Positions 22,623 through 30,562 of a stretch of 32,000 bases of DNA are shown here, in pieces. Under the pieces are notes generated by a model, which was given only the letters and a program-made list of their open reading frames with translations, was not told where the DNA came from and ran no database searches. The number at the start of each line of letters is the position of its first letter. Within the stretch, counting starts at the first letter, position 1. Position numbers and translations under genes: made by a program. Source of the stretch: an uncultured Erysipelotrichaceae bacterium (GTDB lineage Bacteria; Bacillota_I; Bacilli_A; Erysipelotrichales; Erysipelotrichaceae); assembly GCA_942492995.1 (NCBI GenBank), contig OW818653.1, positions 210,001 to 242,000 on the forward strand, given 5' to 3'.

Positions 22623-23752
22623 AGTTACAAGATTTATTAAAACAAGCTAAAGAAAAAGCTTTAGCACTCATCAACAACGCAGAGGATAAACCAGCTGCAC
22701 TGTTGGAAGCGATGGATTTAATCGTTTCTGCTAGCCAAGAAGAATTAATTCAAAAGATTACAATGGAAGCTGCTCAAGCTGCTTCTGATGAGCAATTTGC
22801 AAAATCGTTAAATCTTCGCGTTTTAAATGAAGCTGAAACGAAATTCTACAATTTGCTTAAGTCGGGTTTAAAACAAGCGATTACTGCTGATCAAGTTGAT
22901 ATTATTCCTACTACGATTATTGATCGTACATTAGAGAATGTAAAAACTGGATCCAAATTACTACAACTAATTAACTTTGCGCCTGCTGGAGTAAAGAAAT
23001 GGCTTAGTGCTTCGAAGACTGGTAAAGGTAAATGGGGTGGGCTTACAGAGGCTATTACTTCAGAATTAAGTGCAGCTATTACTGCGTTAAATATGGAAGT
23101 TTCTAAATTCCATGTATTATTGCTTATACCAAAAGCGATTAGAGAATTAGGTTTGCCATTCGTCGATAAATACTTTATGGCGATTTTACAAGAAGCTTTT
23201 GAAGATGGTATCGAAGAAGGTTACTTAGTCGAAGATGGAAAAGATGCTCCAATCGGTATCTATAAACTAATCGGAAGTTCTACAGATGGTGTGCATGCTT
23301 CTAAACCAGTTAGTGCATTAATCACTAATTTTAAACCTAAGACTCTAGCTCCTGTAAAACTTGCTTTAACAAATAATGGACAACGTAAAATCGATAAGAT
23401 TTATTTGATTTGTAATCCTGCTGATGAAGCAAATTATGTTGATCCTGCATTATACAATGATGAAGGTAAAATGGTAGGTTCGTATAAGAATCTTGAAGTT
23501 ATTTCTACTCCAAACAATCCTCAAGGTGTTGCAGTGTTTACGATTGCTGGAGCTTATACGATGGGCTTAAATAGTTTTAGTCTTACTGAATATAAAGAAG
23601 TTAAAGCACTTGATGATCTAGATGCAATCGTCTTTAAAGCTTTAGGTAATGGACGTGCTGTAGATGATACTTGTGCGTTTGTATTTGATGTTACTAAGCT
23701 TGAAGAATATGTTCCTACTGTTAAATCTATTGCTGTTACTGAAGGCGCTTAA
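22619..23752 (+). CDS. Major capsid protein (HK97-fold, with N-terminal coiled delta-like region)
   Basis: Follows the protease with an ATGA overlap; SD GAAAGGAA. About 377 aa with an alanine-rich helical N-terminus. Confidence 0.8.
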   Translation: MKLQDLLKQAKEKALALINNAEDKPAALLEAMDLIVSASQEELIQKITMEAAQAASDEQFAKSLNLRVLNEAETKFYNLLKSGLKQAITADQVDIIPTTIIDRTLENVKTGSKLLQLINFAPAGVKKWLSASKTGKGKWGGLTEAITSELSAAITALNMEVSKFHVLLLIPKAIRELGLPFVDKYFMAILQEAFEDGIEEGYLVEDGKDAPIGIYKLIGSSTDGVHASKPVSALITNFKPKTLAPVKLALTNNGQRKIDKIYLICNPADEANYVDPALYNDEGKMVGSYKNLEVISTPNNPQGVAVFTIAGAYTMGLNSFSLTEYKEVKALDDLDAIVFKALGNGRAVDDTCAFVFDVTKLEEYVPTVKSIAVTEGA

Positions 23753-24051
23753 TGAAACACAAAGTAGTTTATAGATTCAAGGATCTAGAAACTGGCCATA
23801 TCTACAACGTGGGGGATTTATTCCCTCACGATGGTAGTAAGGTAAAAAAATCCAGAATTGAAGAATTATCAACTGAACAAAACAAATTAAAGAAAGTTTT
23901 AATTGTTAAATTCAATGAAAGTGATTCAACCAAAAACGAAACAGAAACAATAGAAACAGTTGTAGAAGATGTTGTTGAAGAAAAAGCTGATGAAGTAGTA
24001 GAAGCAGATGATGTTTTAAAAGCTAAAACAGAAGAAAAAATCGAGGAGTAG
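23752..24051 (+). CDS. Hypothetical head-module protein with an acidic C-terminus (99 aa)
   Basis: TAATG coupling to the capsid gene. C-terminal tract ETETIETVVEDVVEEKADEVVEADD. Confidence 0.6.
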   Translation: MKHKVVYRFKDLETGHIYNVGDLFPHDGSKVKKSRIEELSTEQNKLKKVLIVKFNESDSTKNETETIETVVEDVVEEKADEVVEADDVLKAKTEEKIEE

Positions 24052-24054
24052 AAC

Positions 24055-24357
24055 ATGTCAATGATACCAAGCCAATTAGATACCTTATTAATTGAAGTTA
24101 AAAGTGATTTGCAATTACCTAACTCATTCCCAAGTGATAATCTTTTACAAAAAATAAAAGAGGGTGAGTATTACTTGAATTCTTTAGTAATTGGTACTGG
24201 TGCTATTGATATTAATTTTGAGACTGATTTGAATGCTAGGACACTTTTAAAAGAGTACACAAGACATTCTTATTTTGGAGTTTTGGACGAATTCAAAAAG
24301 AAATATGAAGGTGAAATATTTGACACGCAAATTAAACGTATTCAGTCAATTACCTAG
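24055..24357 (+). CDS. Head-tail connector (gp6-like)
   Basis: Size, position and SD GAGGAG. N-terminal LLIEVKSDLQL pattern. Confidence 0.55.
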   Translation: MSMIPSQLDTLLIEVKSDLQLPNSFPSDNLLQKIKEGEYYLNSLVIGTGAIDINFETDLNARTLLKEYTRHSYFGVLDEFKKKYEGEIFDTQIKRIQSIT

Positions 24358-24694
24358 CTATACAGATGGATCATGCACATTACATGAGGTTTTATTTACC
24401 AGTGAATCGTTTCAACGCAAGTATATTAAACCTGGTATCGATATGAACTTCCGTGAAAAGTCCATCTACAATAAAACAAAAATTGAGTTCAAACAGATTG
24501 GTATTGATGTTGTCTATATGATAGTTTTTCCGTTTATAGAATTAAAGAGAGACACATTATATGCAATTGTGATTTCTAACGAAATATTTGAAGCTCAAAA
24601 CATTACTACAGTGATTAATCAAAATGGTTTCAAAGAATTAGAATTCACATTAAGTAAGTCTAGTATTATTTTGGAGGAAAATCTAAATGACTAA
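24305..24694 (+). CDS. Head-closure / head-tail adaptor protein (start uncertain)
   Basis: First ATG in frame is at 24305. A TTG at 24320 has a better SD (GAAGGTG). The track start at 24275 is a TTG. Assigned by position in the head-tail joining module. Confidence 0.5.
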   Translation: MKVKYLTRKLNVFSQLPSYTDGSCTLHEVLFTSESFQRKYIKPGIDMNFREKSIYNKTKIEFKQIGIDVVYMIVFPFIELKRDTLYAIVISNEIFEAQNITTVINQNGFKELEFTLSKSSIILEENLND

Positions 24695-25028
24695 ACAAGA
24701 GCTTGTTATTCTACTTGAGTCTATACTTCCAAATGTTAAGGAAGGTGTTGTTCCTCCAGTAGTGAAACCACCATATATTGTTTTTTGGGAAATAGATTGG
24801 GAATTTCAAACTTCAAGTGATGAAGTATACAACGATGTAGTTACTTATCAAGTTTCTTTTTTCTCAGACATACCTAGACATCCTAAATTATTGCTTTTAA
24901 TGAGTAAACTTCGTAAATTAAAGATTTTCCCAAACGTTAAACATGAATATGTGGATGATCTGAAATGCTTACATTCCGCGTTTACATTAGAAGTAATTGA
25001 GGATTTGTTGAATGGCATCGAAACCTAA
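24687..25028 (+). CDS. Head-tail joining / tail-completion protein (113 aa)
   Basis: SD GGAGGA. Position in the module. PPYIVFWE pattern reminiscent of tail-terminator-type proteins. Confidence 0.5.
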   Translation: MTKQELVILLESILPNVKEGVVPPVVKPPYIVFWEIDWEFQTSSDEVYNDVVTYQVSFFSDIPRHPKLLLLMSKLRKLKIFPNVKHEYVDDLKCLHSAFTLEVIEDLLNGIET

Positions 25029-25416
25029 GCGAAGAGATTACAGTGATGTTGATTATATTGTTGGAATTAATCATTTTGAATCATTACTCAAAGACTATCT
25101 TGATGTAGCGAATAATGCGATTGAAGCACTAGAAGCTGGAGCAAGTGAATTTGTAAATGATTTGAAGAAATTACCGAAACCATATCGAGAGATTCACAAA
25201 CCAGGAGCTGGATACATTCATCTTAGGGATGTTTTTACTTATAAAGTCAATAAAGATAGAAAAGAAGTAACGGTTGGTTGGGGAAAATATTACGGAGTTA
25301 TGCTTGAGTTTGGTGCCTTTAATTACAAAAAAGGTAAACAACCTCATATGTATCCAACTTACGAAAAGAATAAGAAGAAATACCAAGAAACAATGATAAA
25401 GACTTTAGGTCTTTAG
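25012..25416 (+). CDS. HK97 gp10-like tail-component protein
   Basis: VTVGWGKYYGVMLEFGAFNYKKGKQPHMYP resembles the gp10-family core (..vEfG..). Sits just upstream of the major tail gene. Confidence 0.6.
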   Translation: MASKPKRRDYSDVDYIVGINHFESLLKDYLDVANNAIEALEAGASEFVNDLKKLPKPYREIHKPGAGYIHLRDVFTYKVNKDRKEVTVGWGKYYGVMLEFGAFNYKKGKQPHMYPTYEKNKKKYQETMIKTLGL

Positions 25417-25426
25417 AAAGGAAATT

Positions 25427-26044
25427 ATGATTACAAAAAAGACTCCGAATATTAAACAGTCAGTCGGTGCGCAATATGTTTGTTTTGTTACAGATATCAA
25501 TCAATTGTTATTCTCGACAGATGTTGAAAAGACTGAAGTAGTTAAAAGTGTTGATACGAATGAATCTTCTGAATCAACTCCAATATATGCATCTGGAAAG
25601 TTGATTCAAAATGTATCGAATCAAGCATCTACTGAAATTAGTGTAGAAGTAATCGCGTTTGATCCTCTAACATTAGCTAAAATGAGAGCTGAAACAATGG
25701 AAACAGGTGGATTAGTTCTATCCGGTGCTGGATCTGAAAGACCATATTTCGGTTATGGAAAAGTAGTTAAACTTCAAAACAATAAATATCGTTTTGAATG
25801 GTTCCCAAAATGTCAGTTATCTTCCAATACGGATAGTGTTGAGACATCAGAAGGTTCGTTTAAAGAACAAAATGATACTTTAACGATTACTGCTATGCCA
25901 TTTGATGAAAGTGGAAACATTAAAGTTTATGTTCAAAGCGATATGGCGACATATCCAACGTGGTTAACTGAAGATTTATTCTTCTCTAAACCGATTTTAA
26001 ACCAGGTAATGCTAACAGCACTTGAACCTGCACCAGAAGGATAA
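25427..26044 (+). CDS. Major tail protein
   Basis: 205 aa, followed by a strong terminator and then the G/GT chaperone pair and tape measure gene, the canonical order. Confidence 0.8.
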   Translation: MITKKTPNIKQSVGAQYVCFVTDINQLLFSTDVEKTEVVKSVDTNESSESTPIYASGKLIQNVSNQASTEISVEVIAFDPLTLAKMRAETMETGGLVLSGAGSERPYFGYGKVVKLQNNKYRFEWFPKCQLSSNTDSVETSEGSFKEQNDTLTITAMPFDESGNIKVYVQSDMATYPTWLTEDLFFSKPILNQVMLTALEPAPEG

Positions 26045-26049
26045 GAAGT

Positions 26050-26071
26050 AAGGGTCACTCGACCCTTTTTT
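26050..26071 (+). terminator. Rho-independent terminator after the major tail gene
   Basis: AAGGGTC / GACCCTT stem, loop ACTC, followed by a T-run. Confidence 0.8.
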
Positions 26072-26092
26072 AAAGGGCAATAGGAAAAAAAT

Positions 26093-26419
26093 ATGAAATT
26101 TATTAAACTACAAGATGGTTCTGAGTTAGAAATTAAAGTTAATTTATTAACCCTAAATTTAATTGCTAAAGAGAAACATAATTTGAATAAAGATAATGAT
26201 AAATCTGATGTAAACGAACAAATTGAAATGATCTCAACTATGATCTACGCGATTATGTATTCGAATGGAAAACGAATCAGTAAGGAAGATGCACTTGCCT
26301 TAGTTCCTATCGATGAATCAGATACATTTTTTGATTTGTTGGGTGCGTTTCAAGATGAAGTTAATAAATTTCAAAAAAAAAGCCAAGATCGATTGAACTT
26401 ACTGAAAGTAGTGAAATAG
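26093..26419 (+). CDS. Tail assembly chaperone (gpG-like)
   Basis: 108 aa, directly upstream of the tape measure gene. Contains the slippery A-run near its 3' end. Confidence 0.8.
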   Translation: MKFIKLQDGSELEIKVNLLTLNLIAKEKHNLNKDNDKSDVNEQIEMISTMIYAIMYSNGKRISKEDALALVPIDESDTFFDLLGAFQDEVNKFQKKSQDRLNLLKVVK

Positions 26420-26556
26420 ACTGGGCAAAGTGCTTATACATAGCACACGTGATGGGGTTATCAGAAGCTGAATTCTGGAACTCTGATCCTATTACTTTTT
26501 ATAAAATGGTTGATTATCATAATGAACTAGAAAGGAGCAAACATGTCGCAAAGTGA
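26093..26556 (+). CDS. Tail assembly chaperone frameshift product (gpGT-like, -1 shift at about 26380)
   Basis: The -1 frame is open from the A AAA AAA heptamer (26374-26380) to the TGA at 26554-26556. It encodes ...EIDWAKCLYIAHVMGLSEAEFWNSDPITFYKMVDYHNELE, a typical gpT-like sequence. Confidence 0.7.
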
Positions 26557-28795
26557 TTTAAAAAGAGTTGGTCTCGTTTATACAGCTGATGGTGTGGCTG
26601 ATTTTAAACGTTCATTAAGTGAAGTGAATAATGTATTAGCAATTAATAAAAATGAATTTAAACGTACTACATTAGCATATGATGAGAATACAAAAGCTTC
26701 AGACAAATTAGCGAATCGTCAAAAGTTCCTATCTAAACAATTTGATTTACAAAAAGAAAAAATAAAAAGTTTAGAAAGAGAACTTGAAGACTATTCTAAG
26801 TCTGAGGGAGCCAATGAAAATCAAATTAAGAAGAAGACATTAGCACTTGAAAGAGCTAAGACAGAACTAGTTAAATATGAAGTTGATTTAAAATCTGTAA
26901 GTAAAGAAGTTGAAAAAGGCACTGCAGATTTCAAAGAATTAGCTAAGAAAATAGATGATGTCGGAGATAAGATGAAGGCGACTGGTTCGTCAATGTCTAG
27001 AAATATAACAGCTCCAATTCTTGGCGCTGGTGCTGCTTCAATTATTGCATTTCAGACAATCGATGAAGCATATGATAACATCATTACAAAAACTGGAGCA
27101 ACTGGCCAAGAGCTAGAAGGATTAACTGCAGTATTTGATTCAATCTATGGTAACTTTCCATTCGAAACTGCAGAAGTAAGTGAAGCAGTTGGAGAAGTAT
27201 CAACTCGATTTGGATTACAAGGTGATGAGCTTGAAGCTGCATCATTGAAGTTTCTAGAATTCGCGAATATAAACAATACGGATGTTACTACTGCAGTGGC
27301 ATCCGTTTCTCGTTCATTACAAGCTGCGAATGAACCATTATCCGAATATCAAACTCTTTTAGATATCGCAACTACTGCTTCTCAGAAATCGGGAATATCT
27401 GTTGATAGTTTGTTTGCTTCATATGAACAATATGGATCACAGTTAAGAACTGTTGGATTTGATATGGCTGAAAGTATCGCACTTTTAGCTCAAACTGAAA
27501 AGTCTGGGATGAATGTCGAGAATGTATTTGCTGCTTTAAAAACAGCTAATAAAAATTGGGCTAAATCTGGTAAAGATGCAAGAGAAGAATTTAGTTTATC
27601 TGTTGAAGCTATAAAAAATGCAAAAACGGAAACTGAAGCATTACAAATTGCGACAGAAACATTTGGAAGTAAAGCTGCTGTAGAATTTACAGAAAGTATC
27701 CGAACTGGACGTTTTGAAATTGATGATATGACGGATTCATTATCCGGATATGCTGATGCGACATCAACAACTTTTGATGCAACTTTAGATCCAATTGATG
27801 AATCTAAAATAGCGATGAATAATCTAACTTTAGCCGGAGCTGAATTAGGTAAAGAAATCCAAAATGCACTTGGTCCAATATTTGAAACATTATCTCAAAC
27901 ATTAAAAGATGTTACTGATTGGTTCAAAGGATTGGATGATTCTACAAAAAGAGTAATATTAATCATTTTAGCGATTGTTGCAGCAGTCGGACCAATATTG
28001 GTTATTTTTGGGACTTTAGCAAGCTCTATATCGAGTTTAATTGGACTATGGGGAATAATATCAGGTGTAATGTCGGGAACCGCTGGAGCTGCTTTTGTTG
28101 GACTCTTACCAATTATTGGAGGAGTTGTTTTAGCAGTAATGGCAGTGATTGCAATTGGTAAATTAGTTGTCGATAATTGGGAATGGATCAGTACTAAAGC
28201 TAGCGAAATATGGACAACAGTAAGCACATTCTTTTCGAATATGTTTACAAGTATAGGTACTATGTTTACTAACTTTTTGAATGCTGGAGTGAGTTTATTT
28301 ACAAAGCTTTGGGAAGGGATAAAGAATGTATTCATTTCGTTTATAAGTGGAGGTATTCCTGGATTAATAAATGATTATATTATGAAACCATTCTTTGGAA
28401 TCGATTTGTTTGAAGTTGGGGTAAATATAATTAACGGATTATGGAGTGGAATTAGTTCCATGGTTGGATCCTTATTTGATGGGATTAAAGGTATTGCTGG
28501 AGGTTTAATCGATTCAGCAAAACAAGCACTTGATATCAACTCACCATCTAAGGAATTTGAAAAGATTGGTGCTTTCACTGGTGAAGGATTCGCATTAGGT
28601 TTACAGTCATCAATAAGCGATTTAAATAACCAGGTATTTGCGATGGCAGATAATTCAATATCAGCTTTCTCTCAAGGGGAGGTTGTCCATAATCATACTG
28701 GTGTAATTCGTGTTGAAGGGATTGATAATCAAGGTCAAATTAATACAGTTGTTGATATCCTAATGGATAGACTTCGTAAAGAGGTACGTAAATGA
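26543..28795 (+). CDS. Tail tape measure protein
   Basis: 750 aa with an N-terminal coiled coil, a TP901-type core (AESIALLAQTEKSGMNVENVFAALKTA) and a Gly/Ala-rich hydrophobic block. Confidence 0.92.
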   Translation: MSQSDLKRVGLVYTADGVADFKRSLSEVNNVLAINKNEFKRTTLAYDENTKASDKLANRQKFLSKQFDLQKEKIKSLERELEDYSKSEGANENQIKKKTLALERAKTELVKYEVDLKSVSKEVEKGTADFKELAKKIDDVGDKMKATGSSMSRNITAPILGAGAASIIAFQTIDEAYDNIITKTGATGQELEGLTAVFDSIYGNFPFETAEVSEAVGEVSTRFGLQGDELEAASLKFLEFANINNTDVTTAVASVSRSLQAANEPLSEYQTLLDIATTASQKSGISVDSLFASYEQYGSQLRTVGFDMAESIALLAQTEKSGMNVENVFAALKTANKNWAKSGKDAREEFSLSVEAIKNAKTETEALQIATETFGSKAAVEFTESIRTGRFEIDDMTDSLSGYADATSTTFDATLDPIDESKIAMNNLTLAGAELGKEIQNALGPIFETLSQTLKDVTDWFKGLDDSTKRVILIILAIVAAVGPILVIFGTLASSISSLIGLWGIISGVMSGTAGAAFVGLLPIIGGVVLAVMAVIAIGKLVVDNWEWISTKASEIWTTVSTFFSNMFTSIGTMFTNFLNAGVSLFTKLWEGIKNVFISFISGGIPGLINDYIMKPFFGIDLFEVGVNIINGLWSGISSMVGSLFDGIKGIAGGLIDSAKQALDINSPSKEFEKIGAFTGEGFALGLQSSISDLNNQVFAMADNSISAFSQGEVVHNHTGVIRVEGIDNQGQINTVVDILMDRLRKEVRK

Positions 28796-29157
28796 TGCAA
28801 CTTAAAAACGCAGTGGATTTAATCTTATCGAGATTTATTCAAGAGATTACTCCGCTATCATTTGATTCAATAAAGATTAAAAATCGATTATTAGATGGTA
28901 CGTTTCACACGCAAACAATTGGTGAACCTCAACCATTTGTTGATGTTGAAATATATGTTAATGAGATCCAACTTGATGCAATAAATAGCGCACAAGCACA
29001 TGGAGAACAACTTATATTAATAAGTGAAGAAAATGAGTATGTAGGGTATATTGATGAACCAATTCAATGGATTAGGAAAACACCTAAAGTCAATAAAACG
29101 AGTGTTCTTTATTTTGGAACATTTAAATTTTTGATTAATGGAGTAGGAGAGTTATGA
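28792..29157 (+). CDS. Small distal-tail protein (121 aa)
   Basis: ATGA coupling to the tape measure gene. Occupies the position normally held by Dit but is much shorter. Confidence 0.55.
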   Translation: MMQLKNAVDLILSRFIQEITPLSFDSIKIKNRLLDGTFHTQTIGEPQPFVDVEIYVNEIQLDAINSAQAHGEQLILISEENEYVGYIDEPIQWIRKTPKVNKTSVLYFGTFKFLINGVGEL

Positions 29158-30554
29158 GAGAAATACCAGCTGAATTATTAAATAAGTTGATGTCTCAGCA
29201 TCAAACTAAATCTAATGGTAATGATCCTAAAATGAGTGTGATTATAGCGCGTGCCAAAACAACTGTTATGGATACAACGTATTTCACAACTGAAACGATC
29301 AGAACTAAAACTGGATTAGGAGATATTAGTTTAGCTGGTAGACGTTTAAAACCTTATGGTACACCGGATAGGATTTTTGAAATACACGTTGATAATGGAG
29401 TTGTAAAAACAGCCATTCGTGAATATCCAGATAAATTAAAGGATGGTTGGAAAGATCAATTTGTACTAGGTAATGGATCCTCAGTTGGTATTGCGTTTGA
29501 TGGAAACTGGATTCGATATCGTAAGTTTTGGAGGCTTATTACATCAGAAAAGCCTTTTATCTTTTGGGTTGATGATACAGGAATATTATGGTCACAAGTT
29601 TGGGATGATGTAAGTACTAAGTTTCAATTAGCGATTGATGTATATAAAGTCAAAGCTATTAGAGCATGGAAGAATGCAGCTTATCGAGATAAAGACCAAG
29701 GAGTTGTAGTTGGATTTATCAAAACAGATGGATCATTAAATTATAGAAGTTATTGTCAACAAATTGATTCAACCTATCAATGGGAGAATGAACAGTTAAT
29801 TGCTGAATTTACTGATACTGCAGTTTCTATAAATATGTTCATAACCAATGACTATCGAATGGGTTTTGTTGTAGAGAATAGTCTTGGTTCTATTAAATGG
29901 TTTGTTACACATAGGAATTGGGCGGGTATGGCTTCACCGGATGAATACTTAAAGTCGAGTATTCGCAATATTACAATGAATGTCTATCCTGTTTTATATA
30001 CTGGGTCATTTGCGGATGATGAATACATAAGTTCAACTATTAATCCTTGGTTTAATGTAGCAGAACCTATTTATCCATTACCGTTATTTGCAAGTAACGA
30101 AGATGAATTTCTAATAACATTGAAATTCAATTATGAGATTGATTTTGATTTAACTTCAGTTGCAAGTGCCTTCACGATTAAAGATTTTACGAATGTACAG
30201 TTTTCGATATTATCGACACAACCTGGAATAGATAATTCAGAGATTATATTTACTTTGAGTAATTTTGCCAGTGCAAGTGGTAATTTGTATATTTCTTATG
30301 ATCGAACAATATTAGAATTAGATAGTTTACATCAAGGAAGTCGATTTGCTATTGAAAGTTTTGTGTTTGATTTTACACCTGAATTAGTACCACCAGAAGG
30401 AAATGATTTTGAGAATATTACAATATCATTACCAGTAACGTTTGTATTAAAACAAGTGTTTTATTCAAGTGCATTTAATGGGAATGAAAACATTACATTA
30501 AGCTTATCGAATATAAGTTTTATAGTTACGAAAGTTGGAAGTAATCCACTATAA
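29154..30554 (+). CDS. Tail/baseplate structural protein (466 aa)
   Basis: Coupled to the upstream gene; SD AGGAGAG. Assigned by position after the tape measure gene. No enzymatic motif recognised. Confidence 0.6.
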   Translation: MREIPAELLNKLMSQHQTKSNGNDPKMSVIIARAKTTVMDTTYFTTETIRTKTGLGDISLAGRRLKPYGTPDRIFEIHVDNGVVKTAIREYPDKLKDGWKDQFVLGNGSSVGIAFDGNWIRYRKFWRLITSEKPFIFWVDDTGILWSQVWDDVSTKFQLAIDVYKVKAIRAWKNAAYRDKDQGVVVGFIKTDGSLNYRSYCQQIDSTYQWENEQLIAEFTDTAVSINMFITNDYRMGFVVENSLGSIKWFVTHRNWAGMASPDEYLKSSIRNITMNVYPVLYTGSFADDEYISSTINPWFNVAEPIYPLPLFASNEDEFLITLKFNYEIDFDLTSVASAFTIKDFTNVQFSILSTQPGIDNSEIIFTLSNFASASGNLYISYDRTILELDSLHQGSRFAIESFVFDFTPELVPPEGNDFENITISLPVTFVLKQVFYSSAFNGNENITLSLSNISFIVTKVGSNPL

Positions 30555-30562
30555 GGAGAGTT

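Noticed and set aside
27895-28335. 146-aa minus-strand ORF inside the tape measure gene. Similar antisense ORFs from the track occur at 98..343, 2596..2799, 4217..4513, 4970..5251, 6822..7019, 12440..12625, 15063..15314, 15610..15837, 15988..16275, 20073..20255, 20406..20738, 21279..21512, 22118..22336, 23826..24056, 25171..25386, 28375..28578 and 31090..31281.
   Set aside because: All lie fully inside well-supported genes on the opposite strand. They lack SD sequences and have low-complexity, shadow-frame-like composition.
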